From: Escherichia coli
GTDB lineage: Bacteria > Pseudomonadota > Gammaproteobacteria > Enterobacterales > Enterobacteriaceae
Length of the DNA stretch: 64,000 nt
Strand: one strand, 5' to 3'
NCBI RefSeq assembly: GCF_048403405.1
Contig: NZ_CP183129.1
Position 1 is the stretch's first letter. Each line of letters begins with the position of its first letter. The position numbers were made by a program, and so were the translations under genes. The notes under the pieces are model-generated. The model was not told the origin of the DNA. It searched no databases and worked only from the letters and a program-made list of their open reading frames with translations. Of this stretch, positions 18,994 to 33,780 are shown piece after piece.

Positions 18994-19884
18994 ATGACAA
19001 TATCGACAACTTCCACGCCGCATGATGCGGTATTTAAATCTTTTTTACGCCATCCAGACACCGCGCGGGATTTTATTGATATTCATCTTCCCGCGCCGCT
19101 GCGCAAACTGTGTGATTTAACAACACTTAAACTGGAACCAAACAGTTTTATTGATGAAGACCTGCGGCAATATTATTCCGACCTCTTGTGGTCTGTGAAA
19201 ACGCAGGAGGGAGCGGGTTATATTTATGTGGTGATAGAGCACCAAAGTAAGCCAGAGGAATTAATGGCTTTTCGCATGATGCGCTATTCCATTGCGGCGA
19301 TGCAAAACCATCTTGATGCGGGCTATAAAGAGCTTCCATTAGTGATCCCGATGCTGTTTTATCATGGTTGCAGAAGCCCTTATCCATATTCACTCTGCTG
19401 GCTTGATGAATTTGCCGAGCCTGCGATTGCCCGCCAAATTTATTCATCGGCTTTTCCGCTGGTGGATATTACCGTGGTGCCGGATGACGAGATTATGCAA
19501 CATCGCAAAATGGCGCTGTTGGAGTTAATTCAGAAACATATTCGTCAGCGCGATCTGTTGGGATTAGTCGACCAAATTGTTTCGCTGCTAGTTACAGGGA
19601 ACACTAATGACAGACAGCTAAAAGCCCTGTTTAATTACGTATTACAAACGGGGGATGCCCAGCGTTTCCGTGCATTTATTGGTGAGATAGCGGAACGCGC
19701 ACCACAAGAAAAGGAGAAACTGATGACTATTGCTGACAGATTACGTGAAGAAGGCGCAATGCAGGGCAAACACGAAGAAGCCCTGCGTATTGCTCAGGAG
19801 ATGCTGGAAAAAGGATTTGACTACGAAGTCATCCTGACGCTGACCCGACTTTCGCCAGACGATCTTATCGCGCAAAACCACTAA
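18994..19884 (+). CDS. rpnB: Rpn-family recombination-promoting nuclease (YhgA-like, PD-(D/E)xK)
   Basis: 296 aa matching E. coli YfcI/RpnB between hisP and yfcH. Confidence 0.88.
   Translation: MTISTTSTPHDAVFKSFLRHPDTARDFIDIHLPAPLRKLCDLTTLKLEPNSFIDEDLRQYYSDLLWSVKTQEGAGYIYVVIEHQSKPEELMAFRMMRYSIAAMQNHLDAGYKELPLVIPMLFYHGCRSPYPYSLCWLDEFAEPAIARQIYSSAFPLVDITVVPDDEIMQHRKMALLELIQKHIRQRDLLGLVDQIVSLLVTGNTNDRQLKALFNYVLQTGDAQRFRAFIGEIAERAPQEKEKLMTIADRLREEGAMQGKHEEALRIAQEMLEKGFDYEVILTLTRLSPDDLIAQNH
19723..19884 (+). CDS. candidate in-frame internal product of rpnB (C-terminal 53 aa, RpnS-like)
   Basis: In-frame ATG at 19723 preceded by AAGGAG 6 nt upstream inside rpnB. Published work on Rpn proteins describes internally encoded small C-terminal proteins. 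Confidence 0.4.
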   Translation: MTIADRLREEGAMQGKHEEALRIAQEMLEKGFDYEVILTLTRLSPDDLIAQNH

Positions 19885-19931
19885 TCCTGTAACACCGGGA
19901 ATTAACTGGCGGATGTTTGCAGTAGACCACA

Positions 19932-20825
19932 TCAGCGAACAACATCCGCCAGCGCCTCTTCTAAATCGTACCAGCGAAACGCAAAACCCGCTTCTTCCAA
20001 CCGTTTAGGCAAGGCGCGTTGACCGCCTAATACCAGTACTGAAGATTCGCCCATTAACAGTCGAATAGCGGTCGCGGGGACGCGCAAAATGGCCGGGCGA
20101 TGCAGCGCATGACCGAGCGCATGGGCAAATTGTTCATTGCGTACCGGGTAGGGCGAAACCATATTAAATGGCCCGCGCAGCTCGTTATCGAGCAGCCAGA
20201 GAATGCCGTTGACCATATCATCAATATGAATCCAGGCCAGATACTGCCGACCGGAACCAATCGGCCCGCCCAGGCCAAGACGAAACGGCGGCAGCATTTT
20301 ACCGAGAATACCGCCATCCGGTGCCAGCACTACGCCGGTACGCAGCAGGCACACTCGCGTTTTGTCACTTTGTGCCCGACAGGCAATTTCTTCCCAGCGG
20401 GCGCAGAGTTTATGAGTAAATTCGTTATGCGGCGGTTCCTCTTCGGTAACCACCACTTCACCTAAGTCGCCATAATAGCCCGTTGCCGAGCCGGAAATGA
20501 GTACCGACGGCGGCGTGTCGCTGGCATTAATCAAATCGACCAGTTTTTGCGTGATATTCCAGCGGCTTTGGCAGAGACGCTCTTTTTGCTCGTGAGTCCA
20601 GCGTTTATCAGCAATCGGTTCTCCGGCCAGGTTGATTACCGCATCAACGCCGTTGAGGTTACTTTGATCGGCAAGCCCTTGCCATAGTGTCACCCGAGGG
20701 CCGAGAACGGAACTGGCTTTCTGCGGGTTACGCGTCACTACCGTGATTTGATGGCCCAGATCCAGCAAACGCGGAATCAAATGGCGACCAATTAATCCCG
20801 TCCCTCCGGTGATCACTATCTTCAT
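19932..20825 (-). CDS. yfcH: epimerase-family (NAD-dependent SDR-like) protein
   Basis: 297 aa, N-terminal GGTGLIG Rossmann motif. Confidence 0.9.
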   Translation of the reverse strand: MKIVITGGTGLIGRHLIPRLLDLGHQITVVTRNPQKASSVLGPRVTLWQGLADQSNLNGVDAVINLAGEPIADKRWTHEQKERLCQSRWNITQKLVDLINASDTPPSVLISGSATGYYGDLGEVVVTEEEPPHNEFTHKLCARWEEIACRAQSDKTRVCLLRTGVVLAPDGGILGKMLPPFRLGLGGPIGSGRQYLAWIHIDDMVNGILWLLDNELRGPFNMVSPYPVRNEQFAHALGHALHRPAILRVPATAIRLLMGESSVLVLGGQRALPKRLEEAGFAFRWYDLEEALADVVR

Positions 20826-20845
20826 GCAGCCTCCCGATATGGCGG

Positions 20846-21208
20846 TTAACGCTGCCAGCTTAAGGTCATGGATACCGAATCGGCGTAGCGCAGCGCGTGC
20901 AGTTTATCGATCTCCACTTCAGCATACGTCACCCAGTGATGTTCACGTGCGATATCGAGCACATTCTGAGTTAATTTTTCCAGCAAAGAGAAACGGTTAT
21001 TCTCTACATGCTGAATAATGTTTTTCGTTACGGTGCGATAATTCAGCGCATCGTTGATATCTTCGCTAGTGCGCGCTTTATCGGCGGGGTAGTGGATCGT
21101 CACATTGATAACAATATCCTGACGGTTGTTAATTTCTTCTTCCTTAATTCCGATAAACGTACGTAAACGAAGGTTCTTTATACGAATAATAGCGGCAGGT
21201 TGTGCCAT
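20846..21208 (-). CDS. folX: dihydroneopterin triphosphate 2'-epimerase
   Basis: 120 aa matching FolX. Confidence 0.92.
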   Translation of the reverse strand: MAQPAAIIRIKNLRLRTFIGIKEEEINNRQDIVINVTIHYPADKARTSEDINDALNYRTVTKNIIQHVENNRFSLLEKLTQNVLDIAREHHWVTYAEVEIDKLHALRYADSVSMTLSWQR

Positions 21209-21264
21209 TGCAGGTTCTCCGTTGTTTTACTTAGAATGAAATAATACACGAGAACCTGTTTCTG

Positions 21265-22741
<1,477 letters not shown>

Positions 22742-22744
22742 TGA

Positions 22745-23299
22745 GTGATGAAACTGATGTTTGCATCGGACATTCATGGGTCGTTACCGGCGACGGAACG
22801 TGTTCTGGAGTTGTTTGCCCAAAGCGGTGCCCAGTGGCTGGTGATCCTTGGCGACGTGTTGAATCACGGCCCGCGTAATGCTTTACCGGAGGGTTACGCG
22901 CCAGCCAAAGTCGCTGAACGGCTTAATGAAGTGGCACATAAGGTTATCGCTGTGCGCGGCAACTGCGACAGCGAAGTGGATCAAATGCTGCTGCATTTCC
23001 CGATAACCGCGCCGTGGCAACAGGTATTACTGGAAAAACAACGTCTGTTTTTGACGCATGGTCATCTTTTTGGCCCGGAAAACCTACCTGCTTTAAACCA
23101 GAACGATGTGCTGGTGTACGGTCATACCCATCTGCCAGTGGCAGAACAGCGGGGGGAGATTTTCCACTTCAACCCCGGCTCGGTGAGTATTCCGAAAGGC
23201 GGTAATCCGGCGAGTTATGGCATGCTGGATAATGACGTACTTAGTGTAATCGCACTCAATGATCAAAGTATCATTGCGCAGGTCGCGATTAATCCGTAA
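22745..23299 (+). CDS. yfcE: metallophosphoesterase (phosphodiesterase YfcE)
   Basis: 184 aa, MMKLMFASDIHGS.. calcineurin-like motifs. Confidence 0.9.
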   Translation: MMKLMFASDIHGSLPATERVLELFAQSGAQWLVILGDVLNHGPRNALPEGYAPAKVAERLNEVAHKVIAVRGNCDSEVDQMLLHFPITAPWQQVLLEKQRLFLTHGHLFGPENLPALNQNDVLVYGHTHLPVAEQRGEIFHFNPGSVSIPKGGNPASYGMLDNDVLSVIALNDQSIIAQVAINP

Positions 23300-23356
23300 T
23301 TTACCCACAACTCAAAATGCGCCGTAAGAGCGCCAGAAAAAGAAGGTTTCCTGATA

Positions 23357-23899
23357 ATGGAACAGCGTCGTTTGGCAAGTACTGAATGGGTGGATATTGT
23401 CAATGAAGAGAACGAAGTCATTGCACAAGCCAGCCGGGAACAAATGCGGGCACAGTGTCTGCGTCATCGTGCAACTTACATCGTCGTGCATGATGGCATG
23501 GGCAAAATTCTGGTCCAGCGTCGTACCGAGACAAAAGACTTTTTACCCGGCATGTTAGATGCGACCGCAGGCGGTGTGGTCCAGGCCGATGAGCAACTGC
23601 TGGAATCCGCGCGTCGCGAAGCGGAAGAAGAGTTGGGCATTGCCGGTGTCCCCTTTGCCGAGCACGGGCAGTTCTATTTCGAAGATAAAAATTGCCGTGT
23701 CTGGGGCGCGTTGTTCAGTTGCGTCTCTCACGGTCCCTTCGCCCTACAGGAAGATGAAGTCAGTGAAGTTTGCTGGTTGACGCCGGAAGAAATCACCGCA
23801 CGCTGCGATGAGTTCACTCCAGACTCGCTGAAAGCGCTGGCGTTGTGGATGAAGCGCAATGCCAAAAATGAAGCCGTAGAGACTGAAACGGCAGAATGA
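23357..23899 (+). CDS. yfcD: Nudix hydrolase
   Basis: 180 aa with a Nudix box (REAEEELG). Confidence 0.9.
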
Positions 23900-23931
23900 A
23901 AAAAGAGCCGCAATTGCGGCTCTTAACATTT

Positions 23932-25452
23932 TTAGTGGTAGCCCATCAACTGAGCGCCGATCACTACGACGCTGGACATAATAAACAGCAGTCCAAGCAG
24001 GGTCGCGCCCACCTTCAGCCAGTTACGGAAGTCCACCCGGCACACACCGAGCGTCGCCATTAACGAAGCTGAGGTTGGGTAAATGATGTGGCTGAAGCCA
24101 TCACCAAACTGGAACGCCAGCACGGTAACCTGACGGTTAACACCGACCAGATCGCCAAGCGGTGCCAGTAACGGCATGGTTAACGCCGCCTGACCAGAAC
24201 CGGACGTCACGAAGAAATTAAATACTGCCTGGAAGAGCAACATAAACCAGGCCGCGACCGCATTGTCCAGACCGCTAATGGCATTGGCAATGCTGTTGAG
24301 GATGGTATTTAACACGCTGGCATCACCCGCTTCACCATTACCGACCAGCAGCAAAATCCCTTTGGCGAAACCCACCAGCAGGGCAGGGGCGATCATCATT
24401 CGCGCCCCTTCGGTAAAGGATGAAGCCATGGTATTAACCGTCATGCCGTTAAGGCGGAAAACAACGCCGATGATGCCAATCACCAGACCCATGGTGAAGA
24501 ACTGGCTGGCAATTTCTGGAATAAACCAGGCATTAACGATCACGCCCCAAATCACCCAGACCATTACGGCGGTCAGGACAATCAATACCAGCCAGTCACC
24601 AAAGGTAAACGGACGTTGTTCAACATCCGCCTGCTTTTCACGAAAGAAGCGGTCGGACTCATGCACGCGTGACAGAAGAGGATTCTTTTTCACTCGTGAG
24701 GCGTACACCATGGTAAAGATCAGGCCAATCAGAGTGGCGATAACCCACACCACGATGCGCAACCCGGAGCCAGAAAGCACCGGAACGCCGGCAATCCCCT
24801 GAGCAACAACCACACAAAACGGGTTCATCCACGAACTGGCAAAACCGATTTGCGTGGCGATATAGGTCACCAGGACGGTGGTAATACTGTCATAGCCTAG
24901 CCGGACCATTAGCGGTGCGATGATAATGGCAAAGGCGACGGCCTCTTCTCCCATACCAAATACCGCGCCGCCAAGTGAAAACAGAATAAAGAGCGCAGGA
25001 ATAAAGAGAATTTCATTTCCGCGGGTATGGCGAATAAGCGCCAGGATACCGTTATCAATGGTTCCTGTACGCATCACAATGCCAAACGCGCCGCCAATCA
25101 CCAGCATAAACATGATGATGCCAACGGCTGTCCCGTATTTCGATCCTGAGGTTAACCCTTCAAACGGGAAGTTCATCAGACCCGGGCGTTCATCGCCCGT
25201 CGTGAACAGCTGTACGCGGTGATACTCAGGTTCGCCTGCTTCGTTAGTCAGAATGCGAAAAGAGTGTGGATCTACGACTTTGCGAGTTTTTGTTTGACCA
25301 TCAACCTGATACTGCACTTCCTGACTGTCAAACATCCCCACCGGAACTACCCAGGTGGCAAGGCTGGTTAAAATAGCAACAAAAAAGATAATCACCAACG
25401 TATCGGGCATTGCCCATCTTCTTGTTGGTTTAGATTCAGTGATTGCGGACAT
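23932..25452 (-). CDS. yfcC: inner-membrane transporter family protein YfcC
   Basis: 506 aa from MSAITESKPTRR..; polytopic membrane protein. Track start at 25473 is an over-extension. Confidence 0.88.
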   Translation of the reverse strand: MSAITESKPTRRWAMPDTLVIIFFVAILTSLATWVVPVGMFDSQEVQYQVDGQTKTRKVVDPHSFRILTNEAGEPEYHRVQLFTTGDERPGLMNFPFEGLTSGSKYGTAVGIIMFMLVIGGAFGIVMRTGTIDNGILALIRHTRGNEILFIPALFILFSLGGAVFGMGEEAVAFAIIIAPLMVRLGYDSITTVLVTYIATQIGFASSWMNPFCVVVAQGIAGVPVLSGSGLRIVVWVIATLIGLIFTMVYASRVKKNPLLSRVHESDRFFREKQADVEQRPFTFGDWLVLIVLTAVMVWVIWGVIVNAWFIPEIASQFFTMGLVIGIIGVVFRLNGMTVNTMASSFTEGARMMIAPALLVGFAKGILLLVGNGEAGDASVLNTILNSIANAISGLDNAVAAWFMLLFQAVFNFFVTSGSGQAALTMPLLAPLGDLVGVNRQVTVLAFQFGDGFSHIIYPTSASLMATLGVCRVDFRNWLKVGATLLGLLFIMSSVVVIGAQLMGYH

Positions 25453-25572
25453 AGCGCAAATATTCCCTTGCACAAAACAAAGTGGTAAGTATGCAAAGTG
25501 AGATGGCGCAATTCATTGATGCAGCGCAGCTAAGCAAGATAATCAGAAAGGATTAATGCAAATTAAGAGAAT

Positions 25573-25606
25573 AAAAAACCGGAAATAGTGACTATTTCCG
25601 GTTCAG
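25573..25606 (-). terminator. rho-independent terminator downstream of pta
   Basis: On the minus strand, CCGGAAATAG-TCAC-CTATTTCCGG followed by a T-run, about 40 nt after the pta stop. Confidence 0.7.
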
Positions 25607-25641
25607 ATATCCGCAGCGCAAAGCTGCGGATGATGACGAGA

Positions 25642-27786
25642 TTACTGCTGCTGTGCAGACTGAATCGCAGTCAGCGCGATGGTGTAGACGATATCGTCAA
25701 CCAGTGCGCCACGGGACAGGTCGTTAACCGGTTTGCGCATACCTTGCAGCATCGGCCCGATGGAGATCAGGTCGGCAGAACGCTGTACCGCTTTGTAGGT
25801 GGTGTTACCGGTGTTCAGATCCGGGAAGATGAACACGGTAGCGCGACCTGCAACCGGAGAGTTCGGCGCTTTGGATTTCGCAACGTCAGCCATTACCGCA
25901 GCGTCGTACTGCAGCGGACCGTCGATCATCAGGTCAGGACGTTTTTCCTGCGCCAGACGAGTTGCTTCGCGAACTTTTTCTACGTCGCTACCAGCACCAG
26001 AAGTCCCGGTGGAGTAGGAGAGCATAGCAACGCGCGGTTCGATACCGAAGGCCGCAGCGGAATCAGCGGACTGAATCGCGATTTCTGCCAGCTGTTCTGC
26101 GGTCGGATCCGGGTTGATCGCACAGTCACCGTAAACGTAAACCTGTTCCGGCAGCAGCATGAAGAACACGGAAGATACCAGGGAGCTGCCCGGTGCAGTT
26201 TTGATCAGCTGCAGCGGCGGACGGATGGTGTTTGCGGTGGTGTGAACAGCACCGGAAACCAGACCATCAACTTCATCCTGTTCCAGCATCAGCGTACCGA
26301 GAACCACGTTGTCTTCCAGCTGTTCGCGGGCAACGGTTTCGGTCATGCCTTTGTTCTTACGCAGTTCGACCAGACGACCAACATAGCTTTCGCGAACCAC
26401 TTCTGGATCAACGATTTCAATGCCTGCACCCAGTTCTACACCCTGAGACGCTGCAACACGGTTGATCTCTGCCGGATTACCCAGCAGTACGCAAGTTGCG
26501 ATACCACGTTCAGCACAGATAGCGGCTGCTTTAACGGTACGCGGTTCGTCACCTTCCGGCAGAACGATACGTTTGCCCGCTTTGCGCGCAAGTTCAGTCA
26601 GCTGATAACGGAACGCTGGCGGAGACAGACGACGGCTGCGCTCAGAAGTGGCAGTCAGAGAATCGATCCAGTCAGCGTTGATGTAGTTAGCAACGTATTC
26701 CTGAACTTTCTCGATACGCTCGTGATCGTCAACCGGAACTTCCAGGTTGAAGCTCTGCAGGCTCAGAGAAGTCTGCCAGGTGTTGGTGTTCACCATAAAT
26801 ACCGGCAGGCCGGTAGCGAAAGCACGTTCGCACAGTTTAGAAATGCGCGCGTCCATTTCGTAGCCGCCAGTCAGCAGCAGGGCACCGATTTCTACGCCGT
26901 TCATGGCAGCCAGGCAAGCGGCAACCAGCACGTCAGGACGGTCTGCGGAAGTCACCAGCAGAGAACCGGCACGGAAGTGCTCCAGCATGTGCGGAATGCT
27001 GCGTGCGCAGAAAGTGACGGATTTAACGCGGCGAGTATTGATGTCGCCTTCGTTGATGATGGTCGCATTCAGGTGGCGAGCCATATCGATCGCACGAGTC
27101 GCGATCAGGTCAAAGCTCCACGGAACCGCGCCGAGAACCGGCAGCGGGCTGGATTCTTGCAGCTTCGCCGGATCAACATTGTTTACTTTAGCTTTGGAAG
27201 AGTCGTCGAAAATCTCGGACAGATCCGGGCGAGTACGACCCTGTTCATCAACCGGTGCGTTCAGTTTGTTAACGATAACGCCGGTGATGTTGGTGTTTTT
27301 GGCACCGCCGAAGCTGTTGCGGGTCAGTTCGATACGCTCTTTCAGCTGTTCCGGGGTGTCAGTGCCCTGAGACATAACGAAGACGATTTCCGCATTCAGC
27401 GTTTTAGCGATTTCGTAGTTCAGAGACTGGGCAAACTGGTGCTTACGTGTCGGGACCAGACCTTCAACCAGAACGACTTCAGCGTCTTTGGTGTTAGCGT
27501 GGTAGTTTGCGACGATCTCTTCCATCAGCACATCTTTCTGATTGCTGGAAAGCAGACCTTCAACGTAGCTCATTTTCAGCGGTTCAGCGGCCGTCGTGGT
27601 GGAAGAGTTCGCACGCACGATAGTGGTAGTCTGATCGGGCGCATCGCCACCGGTACGCGGCTGAGCGATAGGTTTGAAAACGCTCAGACGAACGCCTTTG
27701 CGTTCCATTGCACGGATCACGCCAAGGCTGACGCTGGTCAGACCGACGCTGGTTCCGGTAGGGATCAGCATAATAATACGGGACAC
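25642..27786 (-). CDS. pta: phosphate acetyltransferase
   Basis: 714 aa, [22 protein letters not shown].. Confidence 0.96.
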   Translation of the reverse strand: MSRIIMLIPTGTSVGLTSVSLGVIRAMERKGVRLSVFKPIAQPRTGGDAPDQTTTIVRANSSTTTAAEPLKMSYVEGLLSSNQKDVLMEEIVANYHANTKDAEVVLVEGLVPTRKHQFAQSLNYEIAKTLNAEIVFVMSQGTDTPEQLKERIELTRNSFGGAKNTNITGVIVNKLNAPVDEQGRTRPDLSEIFDDSSKAKVNNVDPAKLQESSPLPVLGAVPWSFDLIATRAIDMARHLNATIINEGDINTRRVKSVTFCARSIPHMLEHFRAGSLLVTSADRPDVLVAACLAAMNGVEIGALLLTGGYEMDARISKLCERAFATGLPVFMVNTNTWQTSLSLQSFNLEVPVDDHERIEKVQEYVANYINADWIDSLTATSERSRRLSPPAFRYQLTELARKAGKRIVLPEGDEPRTVKAAAICAERGIATCVLLGNPAEINRVAASQGVELGAGIEIVDPEVVRESYVGRLVELRKNKGMTETVAREQLEDNVVLGTLMLEQDEVDGLVSGAVHTTANTIRPPLQLIKTAPGSSLVSSVFFMLLPEQVYVYGDCAINPDPTAEQLAEIAIQSADSAAAFGIEPRVAMLSYSTGTSGAGSDVEKVREATRLAQEKRPDLMIDGPLQYDAAVMADVAKSKAPNSPVAGRATVFIFPDLNTGNTTYKAVQRSADLISIGPMLQGMRKPVNDLSRGALVDDIVYTIALTAIQSAQQQ

Positions 27787-27860
27787 GGTTTATCCTCTTT
27801 CGTTACCGCCGATTTGGCGGGTTACAAAACAGCACCGCCAGCTGAGCTGGCGGTGTGAAA

Positions 27861-29063
27861 TCAGGCAGTCAGGCGGCTCGCGTCTTGCGCGATAACCAGT
27901 TCTTCGTTGGTTGGGATAACCACCGCAGGACGGGTACCTTCTTTGTTGATGAAACCAGATTTGCCGAAACGTGCAGCCAGGTTGCGTTCATGATCAACTT
28001 CAAAGCCCAGCACGCCCAGTTTGCCCAGAGACAGCTCACGAACCATCGCGGCATTTTCACCGATACCACCGGTGAATACAACAGCGTCCAGACGACCATC
28101 CATCAGCGCAGTGTAGGCACCGATGTATTTCGCCAGGCGGTGGCAGTAAACGTCCATTGCGCGCTTCGCGTCTTCTTTCGTCGCGTAGTTGTCTTCAACA
28201 TAGCGGCAGTCGCTGGTCACTTCGGTCAGACCCAGCAGGCCAGACTCTTTGGTCAGCAGTTTGTTGATTGCGTCAACGCTCATGCCCAGGGTGTCGTGCA
28301 GGTGGAAGATGATCGCCGGATCGATATCACCAGAACGGGTACCCATGACCAGACCTTCCAGCGGGGTCAGGCCCATAGAGGTGTCAACGCATTTACCGTT
28401 GCGGATAGCAGAAACGGAACCACCGTTGCCCAGGTGGCAGGTGATGATGTTCAGTTCTTCTACCGGTTTGTTCAGCATTTTTGCCGCTTCCTGGGTTACA
28501 TAGAAGTGGCTGGTGCCGTGCGCGCCGTAACGACGGATGCCGTGCTCTTTGTACAGGTTGTACGGCAGGGCGTAGAGGTAAGACTCTTCCGGCATAGTCT
28601 GGTGGAACGCGGTGTCAAATACAGCAACGTTTTTGTCTTTCAGCTGTGGGAAAGATTTCAGAGCTTCTTCGATACCGATCAGGTGAGCCGGGTTGTGCAG
28701 CGGTGCAAAAGAAGCTGCATCTTTGATACCCTGAATAACAGACTCATCGATCACTACGGAGCTGGTATACTTTTCGCCGCCGTGTACGATACGGTGACCG
28801 ATAGCAGTCAGCTGCGCAGACAGTTCTGGTTTTTGTGCCAGAATAGTATTAACGATAAAGTTGAGCGCTTCGCTGTGAGCGGCGCCTGCACCTAAAGCCG
28901 CTTCCTGTTTATTGCCGTCCATTTTCCATTTGATACGTGCTTCGGGCAGGTGGAAACATTCGGCTAAACCAGAAAGGTACTCTTCACCATTTACTGCATC
29001 GATGATGGCAAATTTCAGTGAAGAACTACCGCAGTTCAGAACCAGTACTAACTTACTCGACAT
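27861..29063 (-). CDS. ackA: acetate kinase
   Basis: 400 aa, [20 protein letters not shown].. Confidence 0.96.
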   Translation of the reverse strand: MSSKLVLVLNCGSSSLKFAIIDAVNGEEYLSGLAECFHLPEARIKWKMDGNKQEAALGAGAAHSEALNFIVNTILAQKPELSAQLTAIGHRIVHGGEKYTSSVVIDESVIQGIKDAASFAPLHNPAHLIGIEEALKSFPQLKDKNVAVFDTAFHQTMPEESYLYALPYNLYKEHGIRRYGAHGTSHFYVTQEAAKMLNKPVEELNIITCHLGNGGSVSAIRNGKCVDTSMGLTPLEGLVMGTRSGDIDPAIIFHLHDTLGMSVDAINKLLTKESGLLGLTEVTSDCRYVEDNYATKEDAKRAMDVYCHRLAKYIGAYTALMDGRLDAVVFTGGIGENAAMVRELSLGKLGVLGFEVDHERNLAARFGKSGFINKEGTRPAVVIPTNEELVIAQDASRLTA

Positions 29064-29400
29064 GGAAGTACCTATAATTGATACGTGGCTAAAAAAACGT
29101 CAGGGAGCCATAGAGCGTAGCGCATGATGACACCGACATTTATGATTAACATCATGCACTGCAAATTTTTTTTGCATGATGGAAGAAATATCTTGAGTCT
29201 ATGCCATTTTGCGTAATTTTCAGCCAATGGCATAATGTATATGAATTTGACGACTCAATGAATATGTACTACTTAGGCCTTCAGGCTGCTAAAGGATACC
29301 TGATAGTGGGTATGGAAGACAAAATGTTTTGAACGTTGTCCCGCTGAGTTGTGAATTTGCACAAATTTTTGAATCTTTATATGTGAAGTTGAGGTGAAGC

Positions 29401-29856
29401 ATGTCAACGCCGGATAATCGTTCTGTTAATTTTTTTAGCTTGTTTCGCCGGGGACAGCATTACTCAAAGACGTGGCCGATGGAAAAACGCCTTGCCCCGG
29501 TCTTTGTCGAAAATCGCGTTATCAAGATGACGCGTTATGCGATCCGTTTTATGCCGCCGATCGCCGTATTTACTCTCTGCTGGCAGATTGCCCTGGGCGG
29601 TCAGCTTGGGCCGGCAGTTGCCACTGCGCTGTTCGCTTTAAGTTTACCCATGCAGGGATTGTGGTGGCTGGGCAAACGTTCTGTAACGCCATTACCCCCT
29701 GCAATCCTTAACTGGTTTTATGAAGTTCGCGGTAAATTGCAGGAGTCTGGACAGGTGTTGGCACCCGTTGAAGGCAAGCCTGATTACCAGGCATTAGCTG
29801 ACACGCTTAAGCGCGCATTCAAACAACTGGATAAAACTTTCCTTGATGATTTGTAA
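29401..29856 (+). CDS. yfbV: UPF0208 inner membrane protein
   Basis: 151-aa ORF divergent from ackA. Confidence 0.88.
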   Translation: MSTPDNRSVNFFSLFRRGQHYSKTWPMEKRLAPVFVENRVIKMTRYAIRFMPPIAVFTLCWQIALGGQLGPAVATALFALSLPMQGLWWLGKRSVTPLPPAILNWFYEVRGKLQESGQVLAPVEGKPDYQALADTLKRAFKQLDKTFLDDL

Positions 29857-29860
29857 TTGA

Positions 29861-30433
<573 letters not shown>

Positions 30434-30443
30434 GGAGGCCCGC

Positions 30444-31094
30444 GTGCGGTGCAAAGGTTTTCTGTTTGATCTTGATGGAACGCTGGTGGATTCCCTGCCT
30501 GCAGTAGAACGGGCGTGGAGCAACTGGGCCAGACGTCATGGGTTAGCGCCGGAAGAGGTGCTGGCTTTTATTCACGGTAAACAGGCGATCACCTCTCTGC
30601 GCCATTTTATGGCGGGCAAATCCGAGGCTGATATTGCCGCCGAGTTTACGCGTCTGGAGCAAATCGAGGCCACGGAAACCGAGGGTATTACCGCGCTTCC
30701 GGGGGCAATCGCCTTACTCAATCATTTGAATAAAGCAGGTATTCCGTGGGCCATTGTGACTTCTGGCTCCATGCCGGTAGCGCGAGCGCGCCATAAAGTA
30801 GCTGGGCTTCCCGCACCAGAGGTGTTTGTAACCGCTGAGCGAGTGAAGCGCGGAAAACCAGAACCTGATGCGTATCTGTTAGGCGCGCAGCTGCTTGGGC
30901 TTGCGCCGCAGGAGTGTGTGGTGGTGGAAGATGCTCCCGCTGGCGTGCTTTCTGGCCTGGCGGCGGGTTGTCATGTCATTGCGGTTAACGCTCCGGCAGA
31001 TACCCCGCGCCTGAATGAGGTCGATTTGGTCCTCCACAGTCTGGAGCAAATTACTGTGACCAAACAGCCAAATGGCGATGTTATTATTCAGTGA
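30444..31094 (+). CDS. hxpA: HAD-family hexitol/sugar phosphatase
   Basis: 216 aa, GTG start, DxDGTLVDS HAD motif; conserved position (yfbT). Confidence 0.88.
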   Translation: MRCKGFLFDLDGTLVDSLPAVERAWSNWARRHGLAPEEVLAFIHGKQAITSLRHFMAGKSEADIAAEFTRLEQIEATETEGITALPGAIALLNHLNKAGIPWAIVTSGSMPVARARHKVAGLPAPEVFVTAERVKRGKPEPDAYLLGAQLLGLAPQECVVVEDAPAGVLSGLAAGCHVIAVNAPADTPRLNEVDLVLHSLEQITVTKQPNGDVIIQ

Positions 31095-31180
31095 AACACC
31101 TGATCATGATTTAGCCCCGTCTCGTCGGGGCTTTTTTATGGCAGAATCAAGTCATCCCCCTCAATTAACAAGGATAAGTT

Positions 31181-33013
31181 GTGAACGGTGAATTGATTTG
31201 GGTTCTTTCATTACTGGCCGTTGCCATCGTCTTGTTTGCGACGGGCAGAGTGCGTATGGATGCGGTCGCTTTGTTTGTTATTGTCGCGTTTGCATTAAGC
31301 GGAACGCTGACGGTCCCCGAAGTATTTTCCGGCTTTTCCGATCCTAACGTTGTCCTGATTGCCGCCTTGTTCATTATTGGCGATGGTTTGGTCCGTACCG
31401 GTGTTGCCACTGTAATGGGGACATGGCTGGTCAAAGTGGCGGGCAACAGTGAAATCAAAATGTTGGTTTTGTTGATGCTGACCGTCGCGGGGCTTGGCGC
31501 GTTTATGAGTTCAACCGGCGTTGTCGCTATCTTTATTCCTGTGGTGTTAAGCGTTGCCATGCGTATGCAAACGTCGCCGTCGCGCCTGATGATGCCGTTA
31601 AGTTTTGCCGGGCTGATAAGCGGCATGATGACGCTGGTGGCGACGCCGCCGAACCTGGTAGTCAACAGTGAATTGCTGCGTGAAGGCTATCATGGTTTTA
31701 GTTTCTTTAGCGTAACACCTATTGGCCTGGTCGTGCTGGTGCTGGGTATTTTGTATATGTTAGTGATGCGTTTCATGCTGAAAGGGGATACCCAGACCCC
31801 GCAGCGCGAAGGCTGGACGCGTCGAACCTTTCGCGATCTTATCCGTGAATATCGACTGACCGGGCGTGCGCGTCGTCTGGCTATTCGCCCCGGTTCGCCA
31901 ATGATTGGTCAACGGCTGGACGATCTCAAACTACGTGAGCGTTATGGCGCTAACGTCATCGGTGTTGAACGCTGGCGGCGTTTTCGTCGCGTTATCGTGA
32001 ATGTTAACGGGGTTTCTGAATTTCGCGCGCGTGACGTTTTGCTTATTGATATGTCTGCGGCTGATGTCGATCTCCGGCAATTTTGTAGTGAGCAGTTGCT
32101 GGAGCCGATGGTACTACGCGGCGAGTATTTTTCTGACCAGGCCCTTGATGTGGGCATGGCAGAGATTTCATTAATTCCTGAGTCAGAACTGATTGGTAAA
32201 TCGGTGCGCGAAATTGGTTTTCGTACCCGCTACGGACTGAATGTGGTGGGGCTAAAGCGCAATGGCGTGGCGCTGGAAGGTTCGCTGGCGGATGAGCCTC
32301 TGCTGCTGGGCGATATCATCCTGGTTGTTGGTAACTGGAAACTGATCGGTATGCTGGCCAAACAGGGCCGCGACTTCGTAGCGCTGAACTTACCGGAAGA
32401 GGTGAGTGAAGCATCGCCCGCGCACAGCCAGGCACCCCATGCGATTTTCTGTCTGGTGCTAATGGTGGCGTTAATGCTGACCGATGAAATTCCTAATCCT
32501 GTTGCCGCTATCATCGCCTGCCTGCTGATGGGGAAATTCCGCTGTATCGATGCTGAAAGCGCCTATAAATCCATTCACTGGCCGAGCATTATTTTGATCG
32601 TTGGGATGATGCCGTTTGCTGTGGCATTACAGAAAACGGGAGGTGTCGCGCTGGCGGTGAAAGGGCTGATGGACATTGGCGGCGGTTACGGGCCACATAT
32701 GATGCTGGGTTGTTTGTTTGTCTTGTCGGCGGTTATTGGGCTATTTATCTCTAATACCGCAACGGCGGTGTTGATGGCTCCGATTGCGCTGGCTGCTGCC
32801 AAAACGATGGGTGTGTCGCCTTATCCATTTGCGATGGTCGTGGCGATGGCAGCATCCGCCGCCTTTATGACGCCGGTTTCTTCACCTGTTAACACACTGG
32901 TTTTAGGTCCGGGAAATTACAGCTTCAGTGACTTTGTGAAGTTGGGGGTACCGTTCACCATTATCGTGATGGCGGTTTGTGTGGTGATGATCCCGATGCT
33001 GTTTCCGTTTTGA
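31181..33013 (+). CDS. yfbS: putative transporter with paired TrkA-C (RCK_C) domains
   Basis: 610-aa membrane protein. Confidence 0.88.
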
Positions 33014-33016
33014 CAA

Positions 33017-33085
33017 GAGCCTGATGTCGCATCCGGCGCTTATTGCCTGATGTCGCATCCGGCGCTTATTGCCTGATGCGACGCA
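33017..33085. repeat. REP elements (GCCTGATGTCGCATCCGGCGCTTATT, two copies, plus a partial third)
   Basis: Direct repeat read from the sequence between convergent yfbS and yfbR. Confidence 0.85.
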
Positions 33086-33097
33086 GACTCCGGCTGC

Positions 33098-33697
33098 TTA
33101 CAGCGGTGAATCCTGGCTAATCTCATCGAGCGAAAGATGGAAGCTGGGAACAAAGACTTCCATGAAGTAGTCCATCTCCTGGCTGCGGCGCGCTTCAAGC
33201 GTCGCTTCCAGTCGCGTTTTTGCCAGCAAGAATTCATTATTTCCCGCCGCGAGTTCTTCCAGACATTTCAGATATGCACACAGTGCATCTGCCTGTTTCA
33301 CCAGCGATTTCTCTTCATCGCTATATGCATGCTCGTCAATTAACGGCGCAAAAATATCCTGCAGCTCTTCCGGAACCATATCGACCAGTTTTTGCTGAGC
33401 GATTTTTTCAATCGCCTTGTATTCCTGAGCGATTTGCGAATTGAAGTATTTCACCGGAGTAGGGAGATCGCCGGTGAGCACTTCTGAGGCATCGTGGTAC
33501 ATCGCCAGTAAAGCGATACGTTCGGCGTTGACATTACCGCCAAATTTCCGATTTTTGATAGCTGCCAGCGCATGGGCGACCATCGCTACCTGCAAACTGT
33601 GTTCGGACACATTTTCCGTCCGCACGTTGCGCATCAGCGGCCAGCGGTTAATGAGTTTCAGGCGGGAGAGATGGGCAAAAAAATGGCTCTGTTTCAT
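33098..33697 (-). CDS. yfbR: HD-domain 5'-deoxynucleotidase
   Basis: 199-aa HD-domain ORF. Confidence 0.9.
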   Translation of the reverse strand: MKQSHFFAHLSRLKLINRWPLMRNVRTENVSEHSLQVAMVAHALAAIKNRKFGGNVNAERIALLAMYHDASEVLTGDLPTPVKYFNSQIAQEYKAIEKIAQQKLVDMVPEELQDIFAPLIDEHAYSDEEKSLVKQADALCAYLKCLEELAAGNNEFLLAKTRLEATLEARRSQEMDYFMEVFVPSFHLSLDEISQDSPL

Positions 33698-33780
33698 AGT
33701 GACCTTACGTATGATGACATCATCAGGTCATTGTGGCGGGATAACACTGCCGGATGCAATCTCCGGCAGTGAAATTAAGA

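Noticed and set aside
25588-27858. 756-aa ORF on the plus strand
   Set aside because: Entirely antisense to pta, low-complexity and Arg/Gly/Val-rich; a typical shadow ORF of a GC-rich, highly expressed gene.
27855-28895. 346-aa ORF on the plus strand
   Set aside because: Antisense to ackA; shadow ORF.
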